Assembly (NCBI RefSeq): GCF_009914755.1
Contig: NC_060936.1
Strand: one strand, 5' to 3'
DNA from: the human T2T-CHM13v2.0 reference genome, Homo sapiens
Length of the DNA: 64,000 nt
The position numbers and the translations under genes were made by a program. Of the stretch, positions 15,636 through 64,000 are shown one piece after another. Every line of letters starts with the position of its first letter. The first letter of the stretch is position 1. A model generated the notes under the pieces. It was not told where the DNA came from. It made no database searches and was given only the letters and a program-made list of their open reading frames with translations.

Positions 15636-17392
15636 GTAGCCAAACTTTATATGGTGGCTCAGGGCTCCAAACATTAGTGTTCTACTGGTGGGCAGTGGGG
15701 GAGTGGGTGGGGGGTGTGGAAGTGGAGAAGTGGGTGTGGTGGTGGGGAAGCAAAACCTGCATCCTATTTATGACTTAACCTTGGAAACATCATTTCTGTC
15801 ATACTTTATTGGCCAAAGCAGACCTACAACTACCCAGATTCAAGTTGGTGGGGGCGGGGGGGGGGTGCTTTGATGGAGGAATATCAAGATCACGTTGCAG
15901 ACAAACATGTGTGAAGGACTCTATTGTTGCAGCCATCCTTGAAAAATATTATCTGCCATATGGTCTTTCTAAAATGGGTTAAAAGCAAAGAAACCACAGA
16001 AGAATCATCTTACAGAAACAGAGCAGGGGGAGAAGTCTTAATGGACAAATAATCTGCCTACACAAACAATGAGCAATTTACTTCTGGGAGGATCTCTCCT
16101 CAGGCAGGGAGATTGCCAAGCGCATTAGGCTGAGTAGAGTTGGTGACAGAACTCATAGTTGTATCAGCTCCTCTGTGTGTGATCTGAGTAGGAAAGTATT
16201 TGACTACTGGGGACTCTAGCTTCATCTTTAAAACAAAGTGTTGTGAGAACCAAGTAAAATACTGTATAGAAAGATAAATGTGTTGCAAAAAGGTCCCCGA
16301 ATAGAGCCCACAGGTGGACACCCCCCGTTTGACAATGCCACTGGGAAAGACCATGTGTACTGCCAGTTTATCCTTGCCACTGTTTCCCCATAGCAGCCAC
16401 CTTCCTGTTTCTTTTGCTTGCCTCTCTCAGAGGTAGATGCATTGAGGGTAAATGACCAGGACAGGGCCACACAGCCAAGAGATCAAAACCCAGATTTTTC
16501 TGGGATGCTAGTTTGAGATTTTCCATTCTACAAACGTCCAGCCACTCACGAGTTCTAACAGATGACTGATCTTAGCTGAGAAGCATGACATAGATACAAG
16601 GGAGTCACACTGCCCGGGTTCATATCCCAGCTGCACCGCTTACTAGCAGTGTGACCTTTGGAAGGATCGCTGTTTTCCCAGGTGTAAAACGGAAATAAGA
16701 CCTCCCACAAAGGGGTAAGTAATCACGTGATACGGCACTCAAAACAGCGCCTTCAACATAAGTAAGCCCTTTGTGTTTGCCAAGACTAAATCACTACTGC
16801 ATAGTTAGTATATAATTGGTGCTAAATGTTTTTTTCTCACTTTTTTTTTTTTGGTGCTAAATGTTTTAAGGTGAGAAAGTAACATTTAGGGATGTAATGA
16901 GATGTAATGGTGGGATCTCCGTGAAACGACAAATTCATTTTGGAGAAAGCTTTTTAAAAAACGCAAACCACAAACCTCTGCCATTTGTCAGCTTGAAGTC
17001 TACGGAACTGCAAGCAAAATAAAGATTGGTGAAACTTTGCTTCTGACTGACCCCTACAGTCCCAAATATTTTCTTGGCCTTTACAAAGCCCGCAGGCATC
17101 GTCACATGCAGTCCTGAAAAGCCTTTTCTCTATACTTCACACAGCCCAGACCAGCCCACGTGGATTCCTCGCCCGGCTGCTTCCGCTTCCATTTTGTCCC
17201 CTCCTATTTCTCATTCGGCGCCTCAGAATGACGTCTGAAATGAGCGCCGACGCTGCCCAAACAGGAGCCTGCGCATGCGCTCTGCCCTGGCAGCGGCCCT
17301 GTGCAGATCCCTGAGCGTGTGGCAGCAGTGCGGTCGTGGTCCCTCCCTATGCAGCCTGGTTTCTAGCGTGACACGCCCTTGACTTGAGGACC

Positions 17393-43712
<26,320 letters not shown>

Positions 43713-43935
43713 TGAAGATCATCTAATTTCCTGCTTACCTTAACTGGGAATTTTAAAAAGTTGGCCTAAAAATGTTCCATGCGTGGCAGCAACCATGCAG
43801 AGTGACTGAAACACAATTCATTTCTGACTGACATTCCTTTCTGCAACTGCGGTGGCACCACAAATATCCGGTCTTTGTGCTTGCTCTTCAGATGGATGGT
43901 TTGTAAGGCTCTTGTTGCATTTCTTAAAAAAGAGT

Positions 43936-43941
43936 AATAAA
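43936..43941 (+). terminator. PWP1: Proximal PWP1 polyadenylation signal AATAAA
   Basis: Canonical hexamer ~225 nt after the stop codon. Confidence 0.7.
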
Positions 43942-44281
43942 AAGGATTTTTAAAAAGTAATTCCTTAAACATACCATCTGTCACAGTTAATCTAGATTTG
44001 TAAATAGGTAGTAATTTATAGAATTTTTAAAGCGTAAAATCCGGTAATATTAAAAGATAGGTAAACCTAGGCCTGGAAAGGCTGTTATTTGGCTAAAATT
44101 GCACAGGAGGCCATGAACAGAGGCAAGTGCCCCAGAGACTCCACTTTCATTCCTAACTGTTCTCAAATTAATGCTCATGATTGAGTATTCTCAGTGCAAC
44201 TCGTAGAGTTTGATAAGTAAAAGTTACATGCCCCTGTTTTCCTAGCATGATATTCACTGTTATCAAAGACAAGAGGCAGAC

Positions 44282-44370
44282 CATTCATTCATTCTCAAAA
44301 CACTGAATGCCATTCTGTGCCTAGTGCTATACAAGGCATGGGAGATTCAGTGTGAATAAGTCTTTGCTCT
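44282..44370 (-). mobile_element. L2 3'-end relic within the extended PWP1 3'UTR
   Basis: cattcattcattc...ctgaatgcc..ctgtgcctag.gct. Confidence 0.55.
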
Positions 44371-44924
44371 CCACCTAACAAGGGACAGTTTTAATTATAG
44401 ATTGTCTTCCTATTAAGTATGAGTTTTAGTAGGCATTAAAAATCGTAATTAGTTTGATAATATGAGACCCAACCCTAACTTGCCAGAAGAGTAATCAGTT
44501 CATGAACCATTGATATTTCCTGTATATTTCATGAATGTGACTTCAGTCATTCTAGTGTTAATACTGTGGAATGTCATTGGTGTAGCAACGTGGGTTCACC
44601 AAAACACCTTTTTATACAAAAGACAGATGTGTGAATTAAAGAGATTAAAGGATAGAGTATTCTGTTTCTTTGTTTTGATTTGGCTTTTAGGTATTAAAAT
44701 AAGGCCCAGATCACTAAAAATTAGTAACAGAGGGAGACCTCTAATAGATTTAAAGTCAGTTAATTCTCTCTGAAATTTGATGTTTTCTTCTATAAAGAAT
44801 AACTCTAAAATAGGCATCTTCCCAGGACTTTCCATTCTCAGGAAAAGACCTAGTTACGTATAAAAAATAACTTCTACTGCTTTATGTAGTCATATAGGTC
44901 TGCCTAAAATAAGAATTTGTATTT

Positions 44925-44930
44925 AATAAA
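44925..44930 (+). terminator. PWP1: Distal PWP1 polyadenylation signal AATAAA (long 3'UTR isoform candidate)
   Basis: Canonical hexamer preceded by TGTA at the end of an AT-rich stretch. Confidence 0.55.
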
Positions 44931-45512
44931 TACCAAAATTTTCAAATGGTAAATGGGTTGACACCTCTGTTTCCAACTTGAAAGTGCTAGTGCGATGAAT
45001 GCTAAGCATGGGGTGTTTTCTGAGCCAAAAGAATGTGCCTCTGAAGTAGCTGGTTAGAGCAGATCTGAGCACCTGGGACCAGAAGAGTGCTGGCCGGGAC
45101 CTGCAGTTACTGCTAAAAGACAGTGCAGGCAGTGGGTAAGACATCTGAGTAGACAGGCAATAGGGGTAGTCAAGCTGTGGGAACTAGGTAAGATGGGGAT
45201 TAAAATCCAAGCCCAGATTATAAATGTAAAAGGAGGCTCGATTGTGTCATACTGACTGAGGAAAGGGTTCCACATCACTTCCCACCGTGGGTACATTTTG
45301 CACCTAAGTGTGGGTAGATCTGAGCCCAAAGATGTGTGGCTTAGAATGCCTGTCTACCATAGAAAGTGGGGGAATGACAGGTAACATTTTCACCACTGGT
45401 AGTTTGTTGGTGACTGGTGTTTTCATTACATAGCACATGGAAATGCCATGGAGCCAAACATATTTGTCAAAGTGAAAACCCGATACTAACTTTTAAACAA
45501 TTTTACCCAGAT

Positions 45513-46355
<843 letters not shown>

Positions 46356-46429
46356 AGGGAGGTCTTTTCAAAGTAAGTACTTTTAAAACATCCTGTCAGA
46401 ACAAATAGCCAGATTTTGTTTCAAAAACA

Positions 46430-49330
<2,901 letters not shown>

Positions 49331-49379
49331 GAAGCATGCTTCTTATTCATTTACAACAGACATGTTTAGCTAGGTCAAA

Positions 49380-50040
49380 GAAACAGAGTTTGGCTCCATG
49401 ACTGCCCTGAAATAATTTCTTCTCTCTGTAGTCATAGAGTTACACAGTGAAAAACCAGAAAAGAGTCTGATCCTGCAGGTTACTGATACACAAGATAAGT
49501 TGAATTCACTGCTTCAGCAGGTTTCTTAAATAACAATTAGATTATTTTGGAAGAAAGAATGCAAACCCAAAAAGTAGAATGGTGATATCTGAGAACATTA
49601 CAATGACCAAGTACCCAAAACCCAAAGATCTGCCAACAGAAGTAGCTCCTCCCCTATCTAATGAGAATGGTTCTGATTTTCTTGAATATCTTGTAATGAC
49701 CACACCTCAGGTAGTTATCTTCTAAAATAGTCCCCATTCTCTTCATTTACCACTCCTACCACCTCTTATTTCTTCTGACCTATGACAAGGTGAAACACCA
49801 AATTCTCTATAATTCCAAAGTCAAACCTTGGAAAAGAAAGTTTACATATTAACAGAATTGTAAGAATTTCCTAATGTATTGGCAAAATCTTAAGGAATAT
49901 GTGTCAGCAAGATTCTGAGGATTCTAGACCAGGGAAGGAGAAACACAGTTTAAACTGTGTTTATTGATATGGATAACATTTAATTGCAGGTGATCATGGG
50001 TGATAATCTAACCCATGTCCCAGCCATGCATGCCAGGTAC
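49380..50040 (+). mobile_element. Highly decayed ERVL-class internal (gag-like) fragment
   Basis: ggaatatgtg...gattctgaggattctagaccagggaaggagaaacac...tttattgatatgg resembles the ERVL gag motif WILRVLDQGGRNI..FIDMG. Confidence 0.45.
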
Positions 50041-51051
50041 AATTCTGTCTCCCCTCCTCTAACAGTAACTAGATCCTCACTGCCTTGAAACCAGCCAGGT
50101 CAGATAAGTAGTTCAAGATGTCATTTCCTTAAGGATCTGTTGTCTGTACTATTTTCAGACAACTCCTCTAGCTAGTTTAAGCAAAAAGAATTTTTTGAGC
50201 AATATAGATCACTCATGGAATCACTCACTGAAAAGGCTGACAAAATGGAGTCTAAGCTGAGTTCTAGGAATGACTCCTAATCCCATACCACAGACATGAA
50301 CTCACAAGGTGCATCTGCTGCTTCTATGGTCAACAAGTCACCTACCACATCAGAAAGCCTCCATCCACCATCACCACCAGCTCTAAAACCACACCACACT
50401 GGTAATATCCAAGCCTGCACAGTAGATACCTCAGGCCCTGCTTCTCTCCCTGCGTAATTCAGTTCTGAATCTAAGTCTCACATGAGTGCATCTAATTAGA
50501 GGAATTTTAGTTTTGCTTGGAATCTCAGCTCTGAAGGGATCTGGAAAACAGTTTTTGGCTTTCCAGAATCTACAGTAAGGAAAGCATGATAAAGGGGATT
50601 GACATCTACAGCATGCCCCTTGTATAATTCACGTTAATATATAGCTAGGGATAGATAATAAATGATCAGACAACAGGCTTTTTAACAATATGTCTTGGAG
50701 ATATTCCTGTGTTAGTACATATGGTTTAACCTCATCCTTTTTAATGACAGCATTGTATTGCTTAGTATGGGTGTGCCATGATTTCTCCAACATTTCCTTT
50801 CTGGAAAACACTTAGATTTTTTCCATCTTCACTTAAAAATACTGGTGTATTTTTCTATCCTCACCACACATCCATAAGAAAGGACTAGGATCCTGTACAT
50901 AATTTTTTTTACATATGTATGAGCATTTCCATAAGATTTCTAAAAGTGAAATTACTGAATCAAAGGGTATATAATTCCTAAATTTGTTTGGACATTGCCG
51001 AATTACCTTTGAAAATAGTTTTTGCCAATTAATACTTCCAACTAAAAAATT

Positions 51052-51656
51052 TCCTCTCTTCCCCTAAGCGGCCTGGGGTGATCTGTGAAAATGGTTCTCT
51101 AGTCACTTGACCCAGGAAACCCCACAAAATCATGCAAATCAAGAGGTTCAAATCTTCATGTTCACTAAGAACACTCGTGAAACTGGCCAGGCCATCAAGG
51201 GTATGCATATATGAAAAGCCACCAACCCTAAAGATGTCACTTTACAGAAGCAGTGTGTTCCATTCCGAGGTTACAGTGGTGGACTTGGTAGGTGTGCCCC
51301 TGCCAAGTAGTGGGGCTGGACACAGGGTTGGTGGCCCCCAAAACAGTGCTGAACTTTTGCTGCACATGCTTAAAAATACAGAGAGGAATGCTGAGCTTAA
51401 CAGCTTAGATGTAGATTCTCTGGTCACTGAGTATATCCAAGTGAACAAAGCACCTAAGATGCACCACAGGACTTACTAGAGCTCATGGTCAGATTAAGCC
51501 ATACATGAGCTCTTTGAGATGATTCTCACTGAAAAGGAACAAATCCAAAACCAGAAAAGGAGGCTTCCTGGAAGCAAAAGATATCCCAGAAGAAAGTGAA
51601 GAAACAAAAACTTATGGCATGGGAATAAATTTAGCGAAAAAGAAAGTAATTAAAAC
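51052..51656 (+). pseudogene. RPL17 (60S ribosomal protein uL22) processed pseudogene
   Basis: Intronless. Pyrimidine-rich TOP-like leader, ATG at 51091, decayed [22 protein letters not shown]...[33 protein letters not shown]...QKLMAWE* (TAA 51626-51628); several stops and frameshifts. Confidence 0.93.
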
Positions 51657-52248
51657 TTTTTTTTTTTTTAAAGCGTTTCCTTTCCCTTAAACCTAGGTTA
51701 GGACTTCTAAATCTTTGCGGCTTTATGGCCAAAAACAATACAATTGCACTTTCTTATTACTCATGAGGTGGAGTATGTTTTCATGTTCTATTGTCTATTG
51801 TATTTCTTTTTTCTTTGATGGCTTGCCTGTTTATATCTTTTGCTGTTTTGTGCTTTTAAAAATTAATCTGTAGGTGTTTTTTTCTATTCTGCTTGTTAGT
51901 CATGTTTTTCTCCAGTATATCACTGGGGTCTTAATTTTGGTCATAAATTTAGGTCTTGTTTAGGAAAGCCTTCCCCACCCCAGCATTTAAAAAATAATTG
52001 GTGAATTTTTTACATTTATCTCTTTAAATTCATCTGGAATTTACTTGTGTGTAGTCTGAGGTAAAAATATAATGTTTTACCAAACGGATAGCAAATTGTT
52101 CCAATACTGTTAATTGAATAGTCCATTCTTTCTCTACTGGTTGAAATGCCAACTTTATATTATATACAATATATTTATATCTATATACCTTATTCTGGAC
52201 TTTCCATTCTGTACTAGTGAGTTATTTCCTATGCCAATAACAATTATT

Positions 52249-52388
52249 ATTTTTTATTTTACTTTAAGTTCTGGGATACATGTGCCGAATGTGCAGGTTT
52301 GTTACATAGGTAAACATGTGCCATGGTGGTTTGCTGCACCAATTAACCCGTCATCTAGGTTTTAAGCCCCGCATGCATTCGGTATTTC
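52249..52388 (-). mobile_element. ~140-bp 5'-truncated L1PA7/8-like 3' end
   Basis: ctttaagttctgggatacatgtg...tctaggttttaagccccgcatgcatt; TSD TAACAATTATT. Confidence 0.8.
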
Positions 52389-52665
52389 TAACAATTATTT
52401 TAATTACTATAGCCTTAATATTTTGGTTCCCAACAGGACAAGTTCCCCTCATAGTTCATCATTCCCCAAAAAATTCCTGGCTATTCTCTTATGCTTTCTT
52501 TTTCAAATGAATTTGAAGTTGTCAAGCTCCATAAAAATCCTTTTAAGATATTGAATGGCATGTTATTGAATTTATAGTTATAAAAGAATAATTTAATAAT
52601 TGTATACTATGGAATCTTTCCATTTAGGTTCATGGGTCACCTTTCCACTTATTGTTCTTTTACAT

Positions 52666-54008
<1,343 letters not shown>

Positions 54009-54138
54009 GACATTTCTGATAAACTTTTAACATTCAAATTATCATGCTTTTCCTTTTATATGGAAAACTTTACTCCTTTTTCTCTGGCTAACTTGTATTC
54101 ATCCTTTAAAGTTCAGTTTAAATGTCATTTCCTGAGTA

Positions 54139-59757
<5,619 letters not shown>

Positions 59758-59887
59758 TGTCATTTCCTTTGAGAAGCCTCCCCTCATCTCTGTAGCCTGC
59801 ATAAGATACCCCTGCTGTGTTAGAATGTAATTTGTCTTACTCCTTTTAAAATTTTGTAATTACTTATTTAGTAGTCTCCCTCATTAG

Positions 59888-60187
59888 ATTTTTTTTTTTC
59901 TTTTTCAAACGCAGTCTCGTTGCCTTGCCCAGACTGGAGTGCAGTGGAGTGGTCTTGGCTCACTGGAGCCTCCACTTCCTGGGCTTCAGCGATTCTCCTG
60001 CCTCAGCCTCCTGACTAGCTGGATTACAGGCATATGCCACCACACCTGGCTAATTTTTGTATTTTTAGTAGAGATGGGGTTTCACCATGTTGGCCAAGCC
60101 GATCTTGAAATCCTGGCCTCAAGAAATCCACCCGCCTCGGCCTCCCAAATTGCTGGGATTACAGGTGTGAGCCACCGTGCCCAACCC
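59888..60187 (-). mobile_element. AluS-like element
   Basis: Reverse Alu consensus; TSD TTAGATTT. Confidence 0.9.
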
Positions 60188-61255
60188 CTTGTTAGATTTA
60201 GTATGAAGTAATAGGATTTTGCTTTTTGTGTTACAAAAATCTAGCTAACTGGGATGCCTTACCACTTGATATATTCAGAATGTCTTTTCCCAGCATTCAT
60301 AGCAAGCAACCATACATACATAGTCTCAGGGCATTTCTCAAGTCTTACTAATCAATTTAAAAAACTTGATTATTATCAACCACCAAAATGAGAGTACTGA
60401 GCCACCCAAGCTAGATGACTTTTCCGTAATCATGCTAATAACTCTATGCCACAGAATACAGTAGAAAAAGCATCGAATGCAGAGCTAGGAGGCCTTACTT
60501 TCCAATCTCACACTTCAGTAACTGCATTAACTTCTGGGACATTCTGTGGCCTCGGTAAAACAAAGATATTAAAACCTACCCTACAAGGTTGTTATTGTGA
60601 AGTTAAAGCACTTAACTTATAATAAACTTACTTAAGTTACTCGAGTTCTCTTCCTTTCTTTCGAATGGTTACTTCTCAGCTTAAAATCAAATTTCCTGGT
60701 CACAAGCCATTGCTTTTCCTTAAATACACACTTCTCCAGCCCTTAAAGTCTAACGTGTTCCTTTCCCAAAGAAACAAACAATGCTGGATGAATAGACCAT
60801 CCTGCTTTTCTCTTGCTATGAAACATACTATTTGCACACTGGCACGGTGGGAATTTTAGATGCAACGTAGCCTGGCTCCCTTTCTTTTTGCTACAGCACA
60901 TCTGGGTCAGGCATCTTGAATAAGTCCCTTAACAGAATATTATGTCATCTCACATGCTTTTGAATAATTCACTTGTCATAACTGAGTGGTAGTTGGCTCT
61001 AATCAACTAAGAGCAATGACCCACAAAGGTGTTCTATGCTTATAAAAAACAGATTCCACAACCCCAGTGCAAATATGCAACTAAGTGTAAGCAGCAGTGT
61101 GATGCATCCTGAAATGAGGTGTGTCAGAACAACAGCAGCGTCTAAATAATGTTTCACGTAGATTAACATGGAAGAGAGCCCTGGAAGAGAAATACAGGCA
61201 TTTTTAAAAAGTGCTCCCAGGCAGCCAATCAGTGAATATGAAATGCAACAAACTG

Positions 61256-61537
61256 GTTTTTTTTTTTTGTTTTTTTTGAGATAGAGCCTTGCTTTGTTGC
61301 CCAGGCTGGAGTGCAGTGTCACAATCTTGGCTCATTGCAACCTCCGCCTGCTGGGTTCAAGTGATTCTCCTGCCTCAGCCTCCTGAGTAGCTGGAATTTA
61401 CAGGCTCCCACCACCATGCCCAGCTAATTTTTGTATTTTTAGTAGAGACAGGGTTTCACCATGTTGGCCAGGCTGGTCTGGAACTCCTGACTTCAAGTGA
61501 TCCACCTGCCTCCCAAAGTGCTGGGATTACAGGTGTG
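61256..61537 (-). mobile_element. AluS-like element
   Basis: Reverse Alu consensus. Confidence 0.9.
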
Positions 61538-62045
61538 AAAAGTGTAATTTTTCTGAACTTCATTTTCAACATCTAGACAACTGAGGGTAAAGCCTACTTT
61601 TATAATGCCCTATGAGGAGTAAAACTATAAATTAAAATGTACTACCACTAGAAAGCATATTTGCAAGCAAATGTGTCACAAGGTCCTAGGCAGTGCTAGC
61701 TAAGAGGGGCCAGAAGTTGTGTCTATTAACCAATTAACAGATCATTCAAGAAGTAAAATTTCCCAAAGTAAGTGACTTTCACCTTAGGTGATTTTTCTTT
61801 CCCAAATCTGGCCCTAAACTGATCTTGATGCTTGCCCAACCCCAAAGCCCATGCCCAGCCTGAGCCTCAGCAAGTATGTAGCAGCACAAGATGTGCTGCA
61901 GGGTGAGGAGGCAGGTGCTGGGGGCAGAAAACACAAAGAACAAAGCATGCTTTCCATGTGCTCCCTAACTTGTGGATATAAATATGCATTGTCTAAATGG
62001 AATAGTTTAGAGTTTATGTGATTTCCTTTAAAGACTTGTAGCCTG

Positions 62046-62112
62046 GGCCAGGCACGGTGGCGCATGCCTGTAATCCCAGCACTTTGGAAAGCGGAGGCAG
62101 GCAGATCACCTG
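62046..62112 (+). mobile_element. Alu 5' stub
   Basis: ggccaggcacggtggcgcatgcctgtaatcccagcactttgg. Confidence 0.75.
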
Positions 62113-62479
62113 TATCCAAAGGCAGGAGCAGAGCCCTAGTTATTTTTCTGTTCCCCCTACAATGCCTTAAAGTGTACCAGCACTTAATAAATGGTTTTTG
62201 AAAAGACCACTCTCCTTGTCTGAGGACTACACAGGCCTGAGTGCCTAATGATCCTCAGTGTGCATATGCAAGAAAAGCTAAGGAGCAAAAAAGCTGTTAA
62301 GGAGTGGTTTCACCCCTTTCAGTAGTAGGGAAATTTGCTGGCGGCAATATACACCACTAGAAATGGTGCCTGCCTTTATATTGCTCATGCTAATCTGTAA
62401 AGCTGGGGTTAAACTGAAGTCACTATACTGGAAGCTGCTCCCCTTTAAGCAATCATTATCAAGAACGTATATCTGGTTA

Positions 62480-62900
62480 GACTGTTTAGTTTGCCAGGGC
62501 TGCCACAACAAATTGCCATGGACCGGGAAGACTAAACAGAAATGTATTGTTTCCCAGTTCTGGAGGCTGGAAGTCTGAGATCAAAGCAATGGCAGGACTG
62601 TTCAGAGGGCTGTGAGGGAAGGACCTGTTCCAGGCCTCTTTCCTTGGGCTTGGAAATGTCTTCTCCCTGTTTTCACATCATCTTCCCTCTGTATAAGGCT
62701 TTGTCCAAATTTTCTTTTTCTAAGAACACCAGTCATATTGGGTTAGGTCCTAACTTAAGGACTTCATTTTAACTTAATTCCTTCTTTAAAAACCGTATCT
62801 CCAACTACAATCACATTTTGAGATTACTGGAGGTTAGGACTTCACCATATGAATCTGGTGGTGTTGGCAGGGGGCGGTGTGTTCACCTGTAACAGACCAT
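62480..62900 (-). mobile_element. MLT1-type MaLR LTR
   Basis: agggctgccacaacaaattgcca...cagttctggaggctggaagtctgagatcaa...gaggttaggacttca. Confidence 0.75.
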
Positions 62901-64000
62901 AATCACTTGTGTATATGGAGATATGTCATTCCTTAGTGTGTGCCTCCAAGTTTGGTGATCAGATCATCAAGTTTACATACTTGATGAGGTGCTGACAGCC
63001 TCTGGCATGTTTATGCTTCTTGAGACACAGGTAAAGGAGTGTTTACTAGAAAGCGGGGACACAGGTCAAGCGTGAAAAGGCTGACGAAGACTCTACTTCC
63101 TGTTACCTCTTTGCCCTCTGAGAATCTCAGCACAACAAAAATGCCAGGATTATGAGCCACTGACCTTTTTGAGAAGGAAATGCCAAGCATACAGTGAGCT
63201 GCAAGAATACTCTGAACTAGTTTATAGGCTTTGGCCTTGAAAACTCAAATTATTCCAGTTTTATTTATATTACTAAAATCTAGAGCTTCTTGGATATTCT
63301 ATATGTCAATTTTTTTTAGTGTAGAAACCTATGTTAAAATGAAAAATGTAGACTAATGGGAAACTAAAGAATATCAGCTACTGTTTATGTTGAGCACTGT
63401 GGGAGCCACTGACACGTATGAACTTAACATCTAAACAGTATAATGAAGCGGCGCTCTTAATACTCTCCATTTACAGTTAAGGGAAGAGGCATAGAGAGCT
63501 TACATAACTTGGCCAAGGTTACAAACCTTCATCACACAGCAAAGCCCACACTAGAGAACATTCTGCAGGGCTCCAGAGCCTACATACACATCCTGCCTCT
63601 CACCGTGACCATTTACTCAACAGCAGCAAGGCCACCCAAAATGGGCAGAAAAGGCTGAAAACATTCATGTCAAAGGGCACTTACTTATTTATTCATCTTG
63701 TGAAAATGACTTAGAATTTAAAATTAAGAGGTAAAAAAATGGAGAGACAGTTGTAAATACTAAGCACTAACAGCTACAACTTCACTAAAAAGGTTTCCAA
63801 GCTTCCTCTGCTGTTTGTGTTCCTCTGACACTAGGCGTAACTATCTTGGGCATCATTTCAGTCTTGGGAATGAAGGAAGTGAACCCAGTGTGTGCTACTG
63901 AGATAAAGGAAGAAAGGGAGCTTAGAGTCCCAGTACCAGTGGTTTCCTGGGTATGGGGGAACCAGCCAGCTGGATGCCTTTGGCAAAATGCTGAGTTTGA

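Noticed and set aside
44510-44835. 87-aa and 79-aa ORFs in the PWP1 3'UTR
   Set aside because: AT-rich and hydrophobic by composition, near-cognate start for the + ORF, no homology recognised.
51132-51479. 115-aa ORF as a functional RPL17 retrogene
   Set aside because: It starts out of frame and enters the RPL17 frame only after a frameshift. The native ATG frame stops at codon 4 (TAG).

Overview
Primate (human-like) genomic DNA, dense in Alu, L1 and LTR elements. It contains the complete 15-exon PWP1 gene on the + strand (ATG 17393, stop 43712). The spliced CDS is 1506 nt, encoding a 501-aa WD40 protein, with GT-AG at every intron. The gene has a CpG-rich promoter with E-box, CRE and NRF1 motifs and two AATAAA signals. 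Upstream is an intergenic region with a 4-kb nest of transposons inside transposons. Downstream are old L1M and ERVL relics, an RPL17 processed pseudogene and a 5.6-kb L1PA element. I see no evidence of a new multi-gene system. The most notable observations are four. (1) The downstream L1 is a spliced retrotransposed L1 (SpIRE97/622-type junction at 54234/54235). (2) This L1 and the antisense L1 in PWP1 intron 11 share at least 9 off-consensus changes, including the same ORF2 nonsense codon, which points to ancient gene conversion between inverted L1s about 15 kb apart. (3) A 107-bp inverted templated copy (106/107 identical) sits inside an old L1M. (4) PWP1 intron 7 has a perfect competing donor that introduces a premature stop, plus an acceptor with no polypyrimidine tract. 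Repeat subfamily names and consensus comparisons are from memory and need RepeatMasker/Dfam confirmation.
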